A DNA stretch of 64,000 nt from an uncultured delta proteobacterium (GTDB lineage: Bacteria > Desulfobacterota > Binatia > UBA9968): NCBI GenBank assembly GCA_963804165.1, contig CAWDPO010000046.1:355720-419719 (forward strand), in the 5' to 3' direction. The notes below the pieces were generated by a model. The model was not told where the DNA came from. It did no database searches and was given only the letters and a program-made list of their open reading frames with translations. Shown here piece after piece: positions 20,967-31,299 of this stretch (within the stretch, counting starts at the first letter, position 1; each line of letters opens with the position of its first letter). Made by a program: the position numbers and the translations under genes.

Positions 20967-21242
20967 GCGAAGCAAAGACTGGCGCATCTTCGGCGCGGAA
21001 ATGGATGCCGCGCAAAAAGCATTGCCAGACGCCCCGGCGAAGCCCGCGCCATAACGAAGATGCGCGATGTTGGAGATGTTGGAATAGATGAAGCGAAAGT
21101 GAAAAACTGGAGTCCGACGTGCGAAACTCGCTCGAACCCCTTTTCTCCGTATGGTTTAGTAGAGTTAGGTAAGTCAGACACCGATTGATGGTTCTCCGCG
21201 ACATAGGCGCGCGGGCGATTCTCGTACACTAGCAGGAAGAAA

Positions 21243-21665
21243 ATGGTTCGCCTAAAGCCGAACACGATTCGCCTGCTTGGACGACTTCACGTATGTTTAT
21301 GGAAGCTATGCGGGGGAAAACTAGAGAACGCGTTTGGAAGACTACCGTTCATGATGCTCACCACGACGGGTCGGAAGACAGGCCAGCGCAGAACAACACC
21401 GGTTCTCTATCTCCAAGATGAAACGGGCCTCATTGTTATCGCCTCTTTCGGGGGAAATGACATGCATCCGGCATGGTACCTCAATCTTGAGCAATGTCCG
21501 CGAGCCGAAGTCATCGTAAGGGGTGAGCACCGGAGGGTTTTGGCACGCAGGCTCTCGCCCGAGGAGAAAAAGTTGATCTGGCCTCGGTTGGTGCAGTTAT
21601 ACCCTCAGTTCAAAACCTATCAACAACGAACCCGTCGAGAGATTCCGTTGATGAGGCTAATGTAA
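21243..21665 (+). CDS. Deazaflavin (F420H2)-dependent nitroreductase family protein (Ddn-like)
   Basis: LTTTGRKTGQRRTTP, IASFGG..HPAWYLNL and YQQRTRREIP motifs. Confidence 0.9.
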   Translation: MVRLKPNTIRLLGRLHVCLWKLCGGKLENAFGRLPFMMLTTTGRKTGQRRTTPVLYLQDETGLIVIASFGGNDMHPAWYLNLEQCPRAEVIVRGEHRRVLARRLSPEEKKLIWPRLVQLYPQFKTYQQRTRREIPLMRLM

Positions 21666-21920
21666 TTCGTGATGGATAGGCGCACCTCCACTGGTCGATT
21701 TTCATATTTTTCTCCGAGCTCGGTTTATCCTTTGGGCGAACCCAATTTAGGCGAGTTAGGCAGGTCAGGGACCGGTAGTACGCGCGCACTTGACGCGCGT
21801 TTAACTGGCGAGGCTGTTTCCAACAAGCATCGTTACGTGTTTGGAAGTCTTGGACTTGTCTTTTTTTACGATCTGGGTAAGGACATTTTAATCTGCACTC
21901 TCGTTTACGCAAAAATCAAC

Positions 21921-21944
21921 TACCCCGCAGCAAGCTGCGGGGTA
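21921..21944. repeat. Perfect hairpin between convergent genes (terminator or IS200/IS605-end-like hairpin)
   Basis: TACCCCGCAGC-AA-GCTGCGGGGTA, an 11-bp stem. Confidence 0.65.
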
Positions 21945-21981
21945 TCGACAGATTATTACGAATAACACATATCCCTGCCGC

Positions 21982-23070
21982 TCAACGGGAACCTTGAACG
22001 CTGAATGGCTTTTGCGCAAACGGTAAAAAAGCAGTGCTACCGCTGAGGTCACAGACTTCGTCCGCGGGGTCGGCGCCGCCGCCGGTGGCGGCGCCCCAAA
22101 AGTTGTTGGTTGCCGTGATAGAGTTACCGGATGAGTTGAGCAGCCCGCAGTTGGTCGGTCCACTTTGTACAGGCAGAACGCCATTACCAAAGATGTTGCT
22201 TCCTCCAATGCTTGCCGTCGCGCCCTGACCAATGAGAATGCCGACGTCCGCATTTCCGACTGCGGAGTTGGACTTCAGGTTGGCGCCGCCGCTAAAGACA
22301 TGAAAGCCTACCCCGTTTGCCGTCGAGACGTTGTTTTCGATTGTGTGGCTCTGCCCCCCAAGAACAAGGAAACCTTCGCCGTTGTTCCCTATGGCCGCAT
22401 TAGCCCGGAAGATGTGCGATTGACCGAACATTTCGAAGCCGTGCCCGTTATTAGCGACGGCGACGTTACGACTAAGAACGTTTTGACTGCCGAAAATGGA
22501 AAAGCCCCCGGCGTTGCCACTGGATCGGTTGCCCGTAATGATGACACGGGTCGCGGCCGTGACAAGCCCGTTGTTGCGAGGCGCGCCCGTCAATGTGAAG
22601 CCGTGGTCAACACGGCCAAAGACCGCGCCGTTGGCGGTGATTCGAACCACTGCCGCAGACTGTTCTGAGGTAAAAAAGTTTCTGGCGTCCACCACAGTCG
22701 CTGCCGCGCCATGAGTGGATTGAATCGCGACCGCCTTGTCGACTTTGAGTACGCACCCACAACCGAAATTGATTTCGCCGGTCTCTTCCCCGGTTTCACC
22801 CAGGATGCCGTCGCCGTCGAGATCGCCATAGCGTCCAGGGCCGACGAGAATCTCATCGCCGGCGCTGGCGTTGAAAATCGCCTGGCTTATGGAGCGACAC
22901 GGAGCGCTCGGGCTCCCGCAGAAGACGCTGTCCACGCCATTATTTTGGACATGCAACGCCTTCTTGGCGCTAGCCGTATGTGCAGTTCCCACCGTGAGCA
23001 CTACAACTGCCAGCATCATTAGGGAAATAGGCAATCCTTGCGATTTGACTCCTCTGAGGTGTGTCATCAT
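21982..23070 (-). CDS. Secreted right-handed parallel beta-helix protein
   Basis: Signal peptide, PCRSISQAI...GDEILVGPGRY, repeated N-x-A-x-G-N turns, NNFWG. Confidence 0.82.
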   Translation of the reverse strand: MMTHLRGVKSQGLPISLMMLAVVVLTVGTAHTASAKKALHVQNNGVDSVFCGSPSAPCRSISQAIFNASAGDEILVGPGRYGDLDGDGILGETGEETGEINFGCGCVLKVDKAVAIQSTHGAAATVVDARNFFTSEQSAAVVRITANGAVFGRVDHGFTLTGAPRNNGLVTAATRVIITGNRSSGNAGGFSIFGSQNVLSRNVAVANNGHGFEMFGQSHIFRANAAIGNNGEGFLVLGGQSHTIENNVSTANGVGFHVFSGGANLKSNSAVGNADVGILIGQGATASIGGSNIFGNGVLPVQSGPTNCGLLNSSGNSITATNNFWGAATGGGADPADEVCDLSGSTAFLPFAQKPFSVQGSR

Positions 23071-23477
23071 GACTCCTTGAGATTGAGTTGTTCATTCTTC
23101 CATCGTGAAACTTCTATCCGTTCCTTCGAAGCAAAATTGACCGATGGAAATTTTCGTGGTTATCCGCATCGGCCGCATCATTGTCGATCCTGAAATTTGT
23201 ATCCAACTTGTCGGAGGAGGCTTGGCTTTCTAGCCCGGAGGAGATGATGCGCCTTTGATTACCGCGTTAAGACGCATGCTCGGCGGTAGGGCTAACGATC
23301 ACTGTGCCGGAACCTGGCTTCGATCAACTGGAACATCCTTTTCCCAATTTCGCGAGTGGCCGCATCCGCTCCAGCGGATGGACGAACTCGCGACTTTGCT
23401 CACGTACGTAATACGGATCGCTACGTGGGGTTCGCCGACGACACTTGGCAAACGCAACCGCGTAACCGTCCGACGAA

Positions 23478-24293
23478 TCATTTTTCCGCCACGTCGATCA
23501 ACACACCGTCGGGATCGGCGATGAAGTGCTGGCCTAAGCAGCAGCGGCGAAAGTCTTCTTCGTTCTTCTTGCCGTTGCCGCCCACCCCGAGTTTGCCTCC
23601 CGCCGATTCTGGCGCTGACCCGGCGAGCGCAGCTAAATCCTCTTTTACGCACTCAACGCTTTCTACTTTGAAGCCGATATGGTCGAGCCCTTCGCGTAGG
23701 CCGCGATAGAGGCTGTTGTCTCGCGGACGGAGTAAGAGCTTCACTTTCCCGTCGGTCATGCAGATCGAACCGTCGTCGCGATAGGTTTCCGCTTCCTTGA
23801 GCTCAAAGATCTTTTCGTAGAACTCGGCCACTTGCGACGGATCGTTGGCACGGATCGAGATATGATTGATCCAACGCGGCTGATCCCAACCGGTCTCGTT
23901 ATAGCCTTCGCGGACGTTGGCGACATGCGCTTGGGCGATATCGAACTGGGCGCCGGCGGGGTCGTAGCTGCGCAGCCCAGCGAAGGGAACATAGTCAAGC
24001 CCTTTGGCGATCATGGTTTTGGGATAATGCTGCTCCATGCGCCGGACGAATTCTTCGATGTCACTCACCTCATAACCATAGTGATCCATGCCCGATTGCA
24101 TGCCGGCGTAGCGCGATAGGATCGCCAGCCCGATGACGCCGTCGCTGATGTGGCCGCGATTGGTATTCTGTTTACCGGTTTCGTCAAGCGTTCCGCTGGT
24201 CATCCGTCGCATGCCGAAAACAGTCTGGTAGAAATTATCGACTGCGGCGTGATTGTGCGTGTACATGGCGACGTGGCGAATTTTCGCGATCAT
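23478..24293 (-). CDS. Tandem VOC/glyoxalase family protein
   Basis: IRHVA, SDGVIGLAI, GMDHYG, GLDHIGFKV, DPDG; paralog of 6677-7390. Confidence 0.85.
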   Translation of the reverse strand: MIAKIRHVAMYTHNHAAVDNFYQTVFGMRRMTSGTLDETGKQNTNRGHISDGVIGLAILSRYAGMQSGMDHYGYEVSDIEEFVRRMEQHYPKTMIAKGLDYVPFAGLRSYDPAGAQFDIAQAHVANVREGYNETGWDQPRWINHISIRANDPSQVAEFYEKIFELKEAETYRDDGSICMTDGKVKLLLRPRDNSLYRGLREGLDHIGFKVESVECVKEDLAALAGSAPESAGGKLGVGGNGKKNEEDFRRCCLGQHFIADPDGVLIDVAEK

Positions 24294-24416
24294 CGTCGGC
24301 CCTCCTTGAGTTAGCTCTGATCGGTTCTATGGGAGCGAGGTTGATGTTGTCAAGCGGCGAAGCTAACGAGAATCGGTATTCGGTCGGTGATGTCGTGCGT
24401 GACTGTCGTGAGGTAT

Positions 24417-25231
24417 TTAACCGCCGCGTGTTAGAAACTCTCTAATAGTTCGATGTGCCTCATACGGATTGGTCATGAAATAGTTATGTGCCTCGTTCGG
24501 CATCACGGCGAAAGTTCCATTGGATAACTCATTCGCGAGCACCTCAGCCGCGGCTCGATGCGACGAGCCGGTTGCCGAGCCGTGATCATGCTCGCCGACC
24601 AGCACCAGGGTCGGCTGTCGGATATCCTTAAGGCGCGCGCTCAAATCGCAGGCTTGGCGCGCGACGACATGGCGCAGGTAGTCTTCCAAGGCCGGCAGGT
24701 TGTTCATGCGAATTCGCAGAAAAATTTCCACTCGATCGGGATGCTGTTTGATGTATTCGGCTATCCAGCCGACTTCGAGGGTATGCTCGCGGACATATTT
24801 CTCGTAGCCCCATTCAACCATTTCCTTGCACATTTTGAACGGGATCGGCGGTGCACCGGCGATCGCCAGGGCCAACCGAAGCGACGATAAGCTTCTTTAC
24901 TTTCTCCGGATACTTGAGCGCCATCAGCATGGCTACGCGGCCGCCCATCGAGTGGCCCAGCACGATCGCCGGCGCCGGCGTTCAAGTGATCCAAGATTGC
25001 GATAGCGTCGTCGGCAAAGTCTTCGCACGAGTATTGTGTCGTCGGCCTGCTCGATTTGCCGGTGCCACGATAGTCATGTGTGATGACCATGTGATCGCGA
25101 GAAAACTCCGGAACTTGGTAAGTGTTCCAGATATCGCCGGCGCAGGCGGTCTCGCTGAAAAAAAGGATTGGTGTGCCGCTGCCGTAAACCTCGAAATGGA
25201 TTTCAGTATCGTTCCGCGTTATGGAAGGCAT
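24417..25231 (-). CDS. Alpha/beta hydrolase (frameshifted)
   Basis: DYRGTGKS in the first ORF, GHSMGG in a shifted frame near 24950, PTLVLVGEHD and catalytic His in the last ORF. Confidence 0.82.
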
Positions 25232-25556
25232 TGCTGATCCCTCAACGGTCCTCTATCCGTAGTGCAACGGACAACTAATGTGTGTTCCATTCGCGCCGGT
25301 GACATTGTGCAAGGATGTCGACGCGGGTCGCGGGTTGAGCAGCCGCGCGAAGCGCAGATTACGTGACACCTTTCTCTTTGGGCATGCTATAAGAGTAATT
25401 CGGCGACGATCGATTCTTTGGATAGCAGAGCGGCTTGTTAACGACAAGCACAAAGCAGCACGTGAGGCGTTTGCGAATCCACGGGCGAAAGTTGACAATC
25501 TCAACGACAAAATAGATGTTGGCGTGAAGCAGAGAATCTAACCGAGGTCGAGGTCA

Positions 25557-26198
25557 ATGCAGCGCACTCAATTCATCATTGTCCGTCATGGCGAGACCGA
25601 GTGGAACATCAAGAGAATTCGTCAAGGTAATCTCGATAGCCGGCTGACGGAAAAAGGCGTGGCTCAAGCAAAGGCCTTGGCGCAGCGGCTGGCGCGGGAA
25701 AAATTTTCCGCGCTCTACAGTAGCGATCTCGGCCGGGCCGTGCAGACCGCAAAGGAGATCGCCGCGCTCACGGGTCATGAGATCGTGACCGACGCTCGAT
25801 TACGTGAACGTCACTTGGGAATCTTTCAGGGACTCAATGGCGATGAAATTGTCGCGAAGTATCCTGAAGAGCGGCGTCAGTTTCGCACGATGGGACCGGA
25901 TTACGTGATCCCCGGCGGCGAAAGCATGCGCCAGCAAGTTTCGCGTAACGTCGCCTATCTAAATGAACTGGCGGCGAAGCATCACGGCGAGCAGGTCGTC
26001 GTCGTCACTCATGGCGGCGTGGTCAGCGGTTTTTTTCGTCATACGTTGGAGATTCCGCTGGAGGCACCGCGCCGCTTTGAATTCGTCAACGCCGGCATCA
26101 ACGTTTTTGCGCGTGAGGAAGAAAATTGGATGCTGCTGACCTGGGGCGATGTGAGTCACTTGGCGCCGGGCGCGGCGAGCGAAGGGGATGACCCCTGA
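25557..26198 (+). CDS. Histidine phosphatase / phosphoglycerate mutase family protein
   Basis: RHGETEWN, SSDLGRA and VTHGG motifs. Confidence 0.92.
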   Translation: MQRTQFIIVRHGETEWNIKRIRQGNLDSRLTEKGVAQAKALAQRLAREKFSALYSSDLGRAVQTAKEIAALTGHEIVTDARLRERHLGIFQGLNGDEIVAKYPEERRQFRTMGPDYVIPGGESMRQQVSRNVAYLNELAAKHHGEQVVVVTHGGVVSGFFRHTLEIPLEAPRRFEFVNAGINVFAREEENWMLLTWGDVSHLAPGAASEGDDP

Positions 26199-26216
26199 CG
26201 CCGCCTTGCGGCGGCG

Positions 26217-26350
26217 GTTCCAAACGTTCCAGTTGCCGCTGCGCGGCCGTTCCAATAGTTCCAGTCGTTCAAGCTGTTCGGTTTAGAGTCGACAATCTCG
26301 CGTCCGGTGCAAACGACTGGAACCACTGAAACGATTGGAACGATTGAAAC
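26217..26350. repeat. 9-bp-periodic GTTCCA/TGGAAC palindromic element
   Basis: Forward GTTCCA units at 26217-26280, reverse TGGAAC/TGAAAC units at 26311-26350; between convergent genes. Confidence 0.8.
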
Positions 26351-26352
26351 CC

Positions 26353-27822
26353 TCACGCCGCGCTTGATCGTTTCTCCATCCTGATCGTGAAACCGGGCTG
26401 TTTGATATAAACCTGGTTCGATTCCTTGCGTTTCGACAATTGCTCGATGATTTTCACTAACGGCTGAGTCGCGTCCAGGTATTCGCGCGGTTTGCCGTGA
26501 TCGGGCAGGGCCTTTACGTAATCCTCGCCGGCGAAGTAGTGTAAAATTAGATCTTCGTCGGAAAGGTGCGCGCCGTATTTCTGGCGAATCTCATGCAGCG
26601 TCGGCTCCGGTTGTTCCCAGTGCGTCCACTCTTTGGCGCGCGGGCGACTCAGAATCTTGTCTCTCACTTCCGGGTCCATGAATTCGACCGCTTCTTTGCC
26701 CCAGATCCCAGGGCGTACTGAATATTTTGGTCGGGGACTTCTTTATAACGTTCCCCGACGATGACGTTGATCGCTGCTTGCGTGCCGACGAACTGCGACA
26801 ACGGCGTGACCATGATCGGATAACCGAATTCGGCGCGCACGCGGCCGGCTTCTTCCAGCGCCGCTTCCATCTTGTGTTCCATGCCGACGATCTTGAGCTG
26901 ATGGCGCATGTTGGAAATCATGCCGCCGGGCACTTGGTGCCCGTAAAGCGCTTGATCGTACTCCACCGGCTTTCCGATCGGCAAGCCGTCCCGTATTGCG
27001 ACTGCGGTAAAATGCTTAACTACGGGTTCCAGCGGTTTCAGGTCGACCTGCGGCGCGTAGCCGAGCGCTCTCAAATTGCTCGCGATGTTGAATACCGACG
27101 GCTGTGAGGTGCCGTTGGCAAGGGGTGGGATGGCGGTGTGCAGAATGCGCATGCCGAGCTTGACGCCTTCAAGGTAATTCAGCGGCGCTTGGCCGCTGTT
27201 GCAGTGGGCGTGAAACTCGACGGGAATTTTGCCGGCCGCTTTGAGTACCACCGGGATCAAAGTGCGCGCCCGTTCCGGCGACAGCAAGCCGCCGACGTCT
27301 TTAAAACAAATGCGCCACGGTTTCGCCGCAGCGGCTTCCTTGGCTTTCCGCGCGTAGTATTCGTCGGTGTGGCGCGGCGAGACCGAGTAGATCAGGTTCG
27401 CCACCGTATCCATGCCGTGTTTCTTGAGATCCTCGATTTCTTCTTTGAACGCGCTGTAATCGTTCCAGCAGTTCGACGTGCGGGTCAGCGTTAGACCGTA
27501 GGAAACCAGCCGTTCGACCAGGAGCTTCAAGAATGCAGTGCGGCGTTTTTTCGAAGGCGCTGTGCATGCCGCCGTGGTAGCGCAGGCGGGTTTTCTTAAT
27601 CCGCTTGGTCCCTTCCTTGAGCCAGTACCAGGGATTTTCTTTGTGCTCGCGGACGTATTTTTTGAAGATCACGCTCAAAAAAAACTCCATCGATTCGAAG
27701 CCGGCTTCGTCCATGTGCGGCAGCGCCGGCAGCATGGAACCGATTTTCATATTGAGCGCCCAGAGGCTCTGGTTGCCGTCGCGCACGGTGGTGTCGATAA
27801 ATCGGACTTCGTTGGTCATCAT
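26353..27822 (-). CDS. Pyruvate carboxylase subunit B / oxaloacetate decarboxylase alpha-like carboxyltransferase (two frameshifts)
   Basis: DTTVRDGNQSLW, FKDVGGLL, FHAHCNSG, HQVPGGMISN and GYPIMVTPLSQFVGTQA motifs; no biotinyl domain. Confidence 0.85.
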
Positions 27823-27837
27823 GCCTCCGGAAAAAAG

Positions 27838-27890
27838 CGTTCCAATCGTTCCAGCCGTTCCAAGTAGTTCCAGATCAATGTTCCAGACGG
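27838..27890. repeat. Half copy of the 9-bp-periodic GTTCCA repeat
   Basis: cGTTCCAAtcGTTCCAGccGTTCCAAgtaGTTCCAG...GTTCCAG. Confidence 0.75.
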
Positions 27891-27985
27891 TGAAAGCCGT
27901 TGCTGAACTAGCGCTGCCCTGACTTTAGCGTTACTTATCTGTATAAATAATTTTGCACGACTTCAAATAGCGAGGATTCCGTATC

Positions 27986-28457
27986 ATGAAGAGTTACCGC
28001 AAAGAACTTTGGTTCAATACGCCGACCCGGGTGGCGTTCATCAATATTACCGGCCAAGTGCAGGAGTGCATTCGCGGACAGCGGCATCAAAGAAGGGCTG
28101 GCACTGGTCAATGCCATGCACATTACCGCGTCGGTCTTTATCAACGACGATGAATCGGGTTTGCATCATGATTATGCGGTCTGGCTGGAGAAGCTCGCGC
28201 CGCATGAGCCGATCAAGCAGTATCGCCATAACGATACCGGCGAGGACAACGCCGACGCCCATATTAAGCGACAAGTGATGGGACGTGAGGTGGTCGTCGC
28301 GATCACCGACGGCAAACTCGACTTCGGCCCGTGGGAGCAGATTTTCTACGGCGAGTTCGACGGCCGGCGGCGCAAACGGGTGTTGGTAAAAATTATCGGG
28401 ATCACGGAAGTTGCTGATCGAATATCCGGCACGATGGCCGACTTTCAGGTCTCATAA
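27986..28457 (+). CDS. yjbQ: YjbQ family (secondary thiamine-phosphate synthase) protein, frameshift near 28075
   Basis: [22 protein letters not shown]..., then [22 protein letters not shown] and [13 protein letters not shown]. Confidence 0.88.
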
Positions 28458-28535
28458 GACAATCGCGTCGCAGGAACTTCGCATCGGTTCGAAGCCCTGT
28501 AAATGGATTTGCTTCAGAAAAAGCGGAAACTCCTT

Positions 28536-29692
28536 ATGAAGCCTTATTGCCCGCACTATCCGCATTGCGTCGGCTGTCCGTTTATCGATGTTCCGTATCC
28601 GGAGCAGCTCAAGCGAAAACGCGCGATCGTGAGCGAAGCGCTGGCTCAATTTCCTTCCTTGGCCGGAACTGATTGTGCCGCCGGTCGCGCCGTCGCCCCG
28701 GCGTTTGGGCTATCGCGCGCGCGTAAAACTGGTGGCGCGGCGCAACCGCGATCAAGTCGCCATGGGTCTTTACGTGCCGCAAAGTCATCGGGTCATCGAT
28801 ATCTCATCTTGCCCGGTTCACCCACGGCAGGTGAACCAGGTGGTTCATTATCTCAAGGGAAAATATTGGAGCTCGGCATCGTGCCCTATGACGAGCGCGA
28901 CGATAGCGGCGAGCTGCGCTACGTCGATTTTCGTTTTGGCGTGGCCCGCCAGGAGCTGAGCCTGACCCTGGTCACGCGCCACGGCTCGTTTCCTCACGGC
29001 GCGGTCGTTGGCGAGATCGTTGCTGCAGCGCTTCCCGTTCATGACCGGCGTAATCCAAAACGTCAACGAAGAGCGCGGCAACGTGATCTGGGGAACGAGC
29101 TATCGGACTCTCGGCGGGCGCGATACGATTATGGAGCGAGTCGGCGATTTAAAGCTGGTGTTTCCGCGCCGGCGTGTTTTCCCAGGCCAATCCTTTCACC
29201 GCGCGCAAGCTTTACGAGAAAGTGCGCGAGATCGCCGGCTTGAAGGGCAACGAAACGGTGCTCGATCTCTACTGCGGCGTCGGTCCGATTTCGCTCTATC
29301 TCGCCGGCGCAGCGCGCCAGCTGTGGGCGGTCGACGAAAGCGAACTATCGATCAACACCGCCAAGCAGAACGCGCGCCGCAACGGGCGCGGCAATTGCCG
29401 ATTTATTACCGGCGACGTGGCCGCCACCGCGACACAACTAAAGAAAACTATATCTCCGGTCGATCTGATTGTTCTCAATCCGCCGCGCAAAGGCGTACAA
29501 CCACAGGCGCTGGCCGCGGTCGTCGAATTGAACGCGCCGAAATTGATCTATGTCTCGTGCGATCCAAATAGTCTGGCGCGTGATTTCGATCGGCTTGTCC
29601 ACGGCGGTTATCGGATTGCGCAGCTGAGCCCGTTCGACATGTTTCCGCAAACGGAGCAGGTGGAGACCGTCGCGTTGCTGGTCAGGCCCTGA
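28536..29692 (+). CDS. rlmD: 23S rRNA (uracil-C5)-methyltransferase RlmD, several frameshifts
   Basis: CPHYPHCVGC Fe-S motif, FSQAN, LDLYCGVG, NPPRKG, YVSCDP and FDMFPQT. Confidence 0.88.
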
Positions 29693-29766
29693 ACGCGATC
29701 CGATGGCGAAGAGGAAGGGAATCGGTGATGCGGAGGCGCTTGCCGGCTGCTGATGCGCGGCTCTTG

Positions 29767-29904
29767 GTAGGCTGCTGAAAAACACTCCAGGAGTCCTTCG
29801 ACACGGCTCAGCACGAGCGGAGGTATTTTTGAAATCGTTAAAGTTTTTCCGTTCATGCTGAGCTTTGTCGAAGCATTCCGAACCGAACCTTCGGCAACCT
29901 GCTA
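29767..29904. mobile_element. MITE-like element with AGGCTGCTGAA-type ends and an internal REP-like inverted pair
   Basis: Left end GTAGGCTGCTGAAAAAC, right end TTCGGCAACCTGCTA; internal arms CTTCGACACGGCTCAGCACGAGCGG and CCGTTCATGCTGAGCTTTGTCGAAG. Confidence 0.6.
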
Positions 29905-31164
29905 GTCCGAGCGATAACTCCACAGCTGGGGGATCAGCCAGCAGGTACCGATAATCGTCAGGGTGCAGAGCACGCAACCGACCAGCGCGGCGTTGGGTGC
30001 GCCGAGCAATGCCGCGCCAGCGCCGGCGATGACCGCGCCGGTCGCATTGGTAGTTTGCGCGAAAACCGTCAAAAAACTCGTCGCCCGACCGCGCATGTCG
30101 TCCGGCGCGAGGATTTGCACGACGGTGCGGCGGATCGAGACGCTGATGGCGTCGCAAAAACCAAGGGCGCCAACCGCCAACAATCCCATCAAAAAACACT
30201 GGGATAGCCCGAAAAAACCCAAACTCAGCGCAAACATCAGCGTCCCGATAATCGAAACCGCGCCTTTACGTTTGATATCGCCGGCGGCGAGCAAGAGGCT
30301 CGAACCGATCAAGGCGCCGATGGCGGGCGCGGCGTAGAGCATGCCCAAGCCGCGCGCGCCGACTTTGTAATACAACGTCGGCAAAAATCGGCAGGATGGG
30401 CCTGAAGAAACCGAACAGCACGGCAAAAAAATCGAGCAAAAATAACGACAGGATGATCCGCGTGTGCCAGAGAAATTCGAAGCCTTCGATCAGGCTGCGC
30501 CAGCTGATTTGCCGGCGTAGGCCTTGAGGTTGGCCCGAAGCGCGAATGAGCAGCAGCGGAAATCACCGAAGGCACAAGCAACGCGGCATCGGCGAAGTAA
30601 GAGGCCTGCACGCCAAAAAAATCGATCAGAAACCCGGCGATCACCGGCGCGGTCAGTTGGGTGCCCTGCATCATGAGCGTCGCCATGGTGACGGCGTTGA
30701 GAAGATGGGACTGGGGCACGAGGCTGGGAATGATCGCCTGGCGCGCCGGTCCGCCGAGAACCTGGAGCGACGACGCCACGATATTGAGCGCGTTGACGTG
30801 CCAGACCTGCGCATGCCCCGGCGAGGGTGAGAATCGCGAGCGCCAGACCCGGCAGCACGTTGAGTGAATGTGTGATCGCGATCAACTTTTTGCGATTGAG
30901 CGTGTCGGCCAGAACGCCGCCAAAAAGACCGAAGAAGATAAACGGCAGCGCCTGAAAAAATCCGGCCAAACCGAGCTGCACCGATGATCCCGAGAGTTGA
31001 TACACCTGATAGAGGCTCGCCACGTTGCGCATGTGGTTCGCCGTACTGCTGCAAAGAATCGTGATGAAGATCAGACGATAGTCGCGGATCAGGAGCGAAG
31101 ACCAGGGACGGATGGCCCGCGCCGGCTGCGGCTCGGCTGGAGGATAGTCTTGCGGTGATGACAC
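29902..31164 (-). CDS. MFS transporter (EntS/H+ antiporter-like), frameshifted
   Basis: GLFGGVLADTLNRKKL, PARQAIIPSLV and PDDMRGRA across three ORF pieces. Confidence 0.82.
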
Positions 31165-31299
31165 TCGGTGGCGGAGTCCTTGTGATGATCGGACGCAGTG
31201 CGAGCAATTTAGCGGTTCGACTCGACGGCGTCAAACATCGTTGACCTTGCGCAGGTCGCGGCATAATATCGCCGATATTATTTCACCGCGAGGGTTTTC

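Noticed and set aside
21161-21776. Integron attC cassette (GTTAGGY cores flank the gene)
   Set aside because: No RYYYAAC inverse core or attC-like palindrome after the stop codon, and no integron integrase in the window.
23282-23293. GGCGGTAG as an RfaH ops site
   Set aside because: Lacks the downstream TG and is not in the leader of a + strand operon.
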